Source: a virus. From it: 64,000 nt of DNA. The notes below the pieces were generated by a model, which had not been told where the DNA came from, did not search any database, and worked only from the letters and a program-made list of their open reading frames with translations. This document shows, one piece after another, positions 61,404 to 64,000 of this stretch (positions are counted from its first letter, which is position 1; each line of letters begins with the position of its first letter). The stretch is taken from the IMG/VR virus record IMGVR_UViG_3300027747_004417, one strand, 5' to 3'. The position numbers and the translations under genes were made by a program.

Positions 61404-63803
61404 TTAGAAGGTTGAGTTTGCGTTCTCCGTAAAACTTCCGGTTCTATGAATTGAGAACTCAATGAACATGAATTCTACTGCACGGGTTGGCTGTACTCCA
61501 ATTTGTGCTCTAAACTCATTCCTGTCGATCACGTCAGGTGTGTTCAATTCGTCGTCTGCCTTGATGAAGTAATCGGTAAGACCTCTTCCTCTCTTTACGT
61601 CCTCTAGAATTCCGGCACATATCGATACGAAGGTCTTTCTAAATATATCATCGTTTGGATCGAATAAGAGGCCTCTTACGGCTGCTCTAATTCTCTTTTC
61701 TATGTAGAACATTAGTCTACGAACGTTTACACGGTCTAGAGCTGTTGGTCTACGTTGTAGGGTCTTTTGGCCCCAAACTAAGAATCCATCAACATCTACG
61801 AACTGTACAATTGGGTTGATGCAATTGCGGTTACCGTACATTAGGTCTCTTTCTGCTAATGTTGGACGGTCGTACACATCAGTAACTCCTGGTACTATTC
61901 CGCGGTTTAGACCGGCTGGCGCAAACCATGGCTTAGCAAGGAAGTCGCTTCTTGCGATAACAGCAAGGATTGAGCCTGATGGTGGAACCCATACATCCAA
62001 TCTGTTGAAGTTATCACGAATCTTAACCCACGGCCAGTATAATGCACCGAAGTCGGAGTCAAATCTGGTGAGGTTAAGAGGATGCTGTCCGTTCTGCCAT
62101 GCGATGATTTCCTTAACGGTTAAACCGAATGGAGGATCAACAATTGCCATGCAATCCATTCTGTAATCCTGGCAGAATCTTAGCATTTCTGTTACAACTG
62201 AAGTGCTTGAGTGACCTGGAACAGCTATTAAATCGATATCGACCTGTTCTGGCTCACTAAGAACGTACAATCCGGTTGAAGCAACTGGGCTTCCGATTAG
62301 AAGCTCATCTTGACTGTCTGGATCTGATGGTATGCCGTCTGTTCCACCGCTTAGGGTGTAGACGCCAGCTAGAGGGCCAGATGCAACGTCTGTGTTGTCT
62401 ACGGCACGGATGTAGTCAGAAACTAGTGACAAATATGTTTCAACATAGTATGAACTTTGGTCATTCTTTGTTACTTGTCCCCAGCTTTCGACCTGAACAC
62501 CGTTGTTGTAAACTTCAATGTTGAAGTGATTTTCACGGGAATTGGCGACAATCTTGACCTGAGTCTGATTTCCGTCGATACCAGCTGAATCAGCTTGTAG
62601 TGTGAAGGATACTGTGTTGTCTGTGTTCTCACCGCCTGTTACAACACCAAATGAAGCTGTTGAAACGTCGTCAGTAGAGCCTTCTGGTGATACACCTGAT
62701 GCTGTTAATGTTGAAAGTCCAAATGCTTCAGCTGCTGTACTTGTGTACTTGACTCTGAGGCGAGCATCGGCACCGTGTGTTAGAGTCTTGAATACAAGGG
62801 CGTTGCCAACTGTGCTAGCAACCCAACCACCTGGGAGAGTTCCATCCTCTTCGTATCTCTGCTTGTTGATCTCTGTTACGATGTCTGCTATTGCTGTCTT
62901 TGGAGTTCCACCGAGAGATAGAACTGTATTGAGATCTAGAACTTGTAGGACACCGTCAACGTTTACGTTGTCTGTTCCGTCAACGATTAGTTCGATTGTC
63001 CAATCTGTTGAATTTGGAAGAGTGAACACACCAGCAGATCCACCAGTTGGATATTTGGTTGCTGTTCCGGTTACTGCTGCTTGTGTCATTCCGGTTCCTA
63101 GACCGGTTATGCTTGTGCCGCCGTATCCATAAACTGCATTTTGTACTGATACCAACTCAACTGATGATCCTGGACCGTATGCCCAAGTTGTTCTTACTCC
63201 GATTGGACTGTTATTGTCTGTCTCGTCTGTTAGATAGAATTCGATTCCATCGAGCTCTGTGTCTAGCTGAGCGTTTAGTTCGTCAACAACGTCTGATACG
63301 CTCTTGGCTGCAGCGTCTGCTTCAACCATTAGAGTCTTAGAGTTGAGGACACCATTTAGCTTAAATCTGAAGAAGTAAGCATCAACATCAGCGTCTTCGT
63401 ATGATGTGTCAAAGAGGTAAGGACCGTTTGTTGCTGATTCGATCTTTACAACATCGCCAGCGGCTGGAACAGATACGTTAGCTGTAAGAGCCTGCTCGTC
63501 GCTTACTGGATCTTCATCGCCAACTCTTACAACAAACAATTCGTTTGCTACTAAGAGGTACTGCTGAGCAGCGTATATTAGGTATGGGTCGCCCATGTCT
63601 GGATGTGGGTTACCAAATACAGTTGCTAATTGTTTTGAATTTTGAATCATGATCGGAAGGTTGAATGGACCTTTAGAAGCGAATCCAATCAAACCAGCAC
63701 GATGTAAACTTTGCTCTGCAACCACGAAGCTTAGATCTTTTTCAGCTATTCTAACGCTTGGGCTGATAGTATTAGAAGGTGGAAATCCTCTTAAAATCGC
63801 CAT
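61404..63803 (-). CDS. gp18: tail sheath protein (T4 gp18-like)
   Basis: ISPSVRI.EKDLS, GFASKGP, DLIAVPG, YWPWVK, VPPSG, WFAPAGLNRG, INPI, VWGQKTLQ..PTALDRVNVRRL, P.RAVEF..IEF. Confidence 0.96.
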   Translation of the reverse strand: MAILRGFPPSNTISPSVRIAEKDLSFVVAEQSLHRAGLIGFASKGPFNLPIMIQNSKQLATVFGNPHPDMGDPYLIYAAQQYLLVANELFVVRVGDEDPVSDEQALTANVSVPAAGDVVKIESATNGPYLFDTSYEDADVDAYFFRFKLNGVLNSKTLMVEADAAAKSVSDVVDELNAQLDTELDGIEFYLTDETDNNSPIGVRTTWAYGPGSSVELVSVQNAVYGYGGTSITGLGTGMTQAAVTGTATKYPTGGSAGVFTLPNSTDWTIELIVDGTDNVNVDGVLQVLDLNTVLSLGGTPKTAIADIVTEINKQRYEEDGTLPGGWVASTVGNALVFKTLTHGADARLRVKYTSTAAEAFGLSTLTASGVSPEGSTDDVSTASFGVVTGGENTDNTVSFTLQADSAGIDGNQTQVKIVANSRENHFNIEVYNNGVQVESWGQVTKNDQSSYYVETYLSLVSDYIRAVDNTDVASGPLAGVYTLSGGTDGIPSDPDSQDELLIGSPVASTGLYVLSEPEQVDIDLIAVPGHSSTSVVTEMLRFCQDYRMDCMAIVDPPFGLTVKEIIAWQNGQHPLNLTRFDSDFGALYWPWVKIRDNFNRLDVWVPPSGSILAVIARSDFLAKPWFAPAGLNRGIVPGVTDVYDRPTLAERDLMYGNRNCINPIVQFVDVDGFLVWGQKTLQRRPTALDRVNVRRLMFYIEKRIRAAVRGLLFDPNDDIFRKTFVSICAGILEDVKRGRGLTDYFIKADDELNTPDVIDRNEFRAQIGVQPTRAVEFMFIEFSIHRTGSFTENANSTF

Positions 63804-63807
63804 AGTC

Positions 63808-64000
63808 TTATTCTCCCTTTGATGCTTTAGTTATGTGTCTTATGGAAATCAATCCATCTTTTTCTGCTCTATCTATGTATTCTGTTGATCTTTCTTCCTC
63901 AAGAAAAAAAATATTTTTTCCAGATCCCATACCGGGGACGTTAAGAGTTGTAAAAGATCTAGGTGCTCTCCTTGATTTTATTACTAATTGTACCGGAAAC
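63808..64000 (-). CDS. hypothetical protein, 5'-truncated by window edge
   Basis: Open frame FPVQLVIKSRR...ITKASKGE* ending just before the sheath start. Confidence 0.65.
   Translation of the reverse strand, partial: FPVQLVIKSRRAPRSFTTLNVPGMGSGKNIFFLEEERSTEYIDRAEKDGLISIRHITKASKGE

Overview
64 kb of an AT-rich, T4-like jumbo myophage genome read in standard code 11, with genes densely packed on both strands. The morphogenesis core is present: terminase large subunit, portal (interrupted by a 232-aa intein), prohead core, prohead protease, scaffold, major capsid protein, neck, gp26-like hub/tail chaperone, two tail-tube paralogues and tail sheath. Replication and expression genes include a UvrD helicase, a DnaG-type primase, a Prim-Pol-like protein, a Cas4/RecB-like nuclease, a sigma factor, an RNA ligase, tRNA-Ala(UGC) and a free-standing HNH endonuclease. 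The accessory genes are unusually rich. They include several glycosyltransferases (one GT60-like), sugar-nucleotide enzymes, a sulfotransferase-like protein, serine, cysteine and metallo-proteases, a SET-domain protein, a McsA-like protein, a ferritin-like protein, a CYTH protein, a deaminase and a COOH-NH2 ligase. Strongest signals beyond routine annotation: (1) a likely programmed -1 frameshift at the end of the gp26-like gene into a start-less downstream frame; (2) the portal intein; (3) about ten proteins with T4 capsid-targeting-like N-termini; (4) a possible virion O-glycosylation pathway with a Pro/Thr mucin-like acceptor; (5) an unannotated metallothionein-like lipoprotein. All family assignments come from motif recognition by eye; no searches were run.
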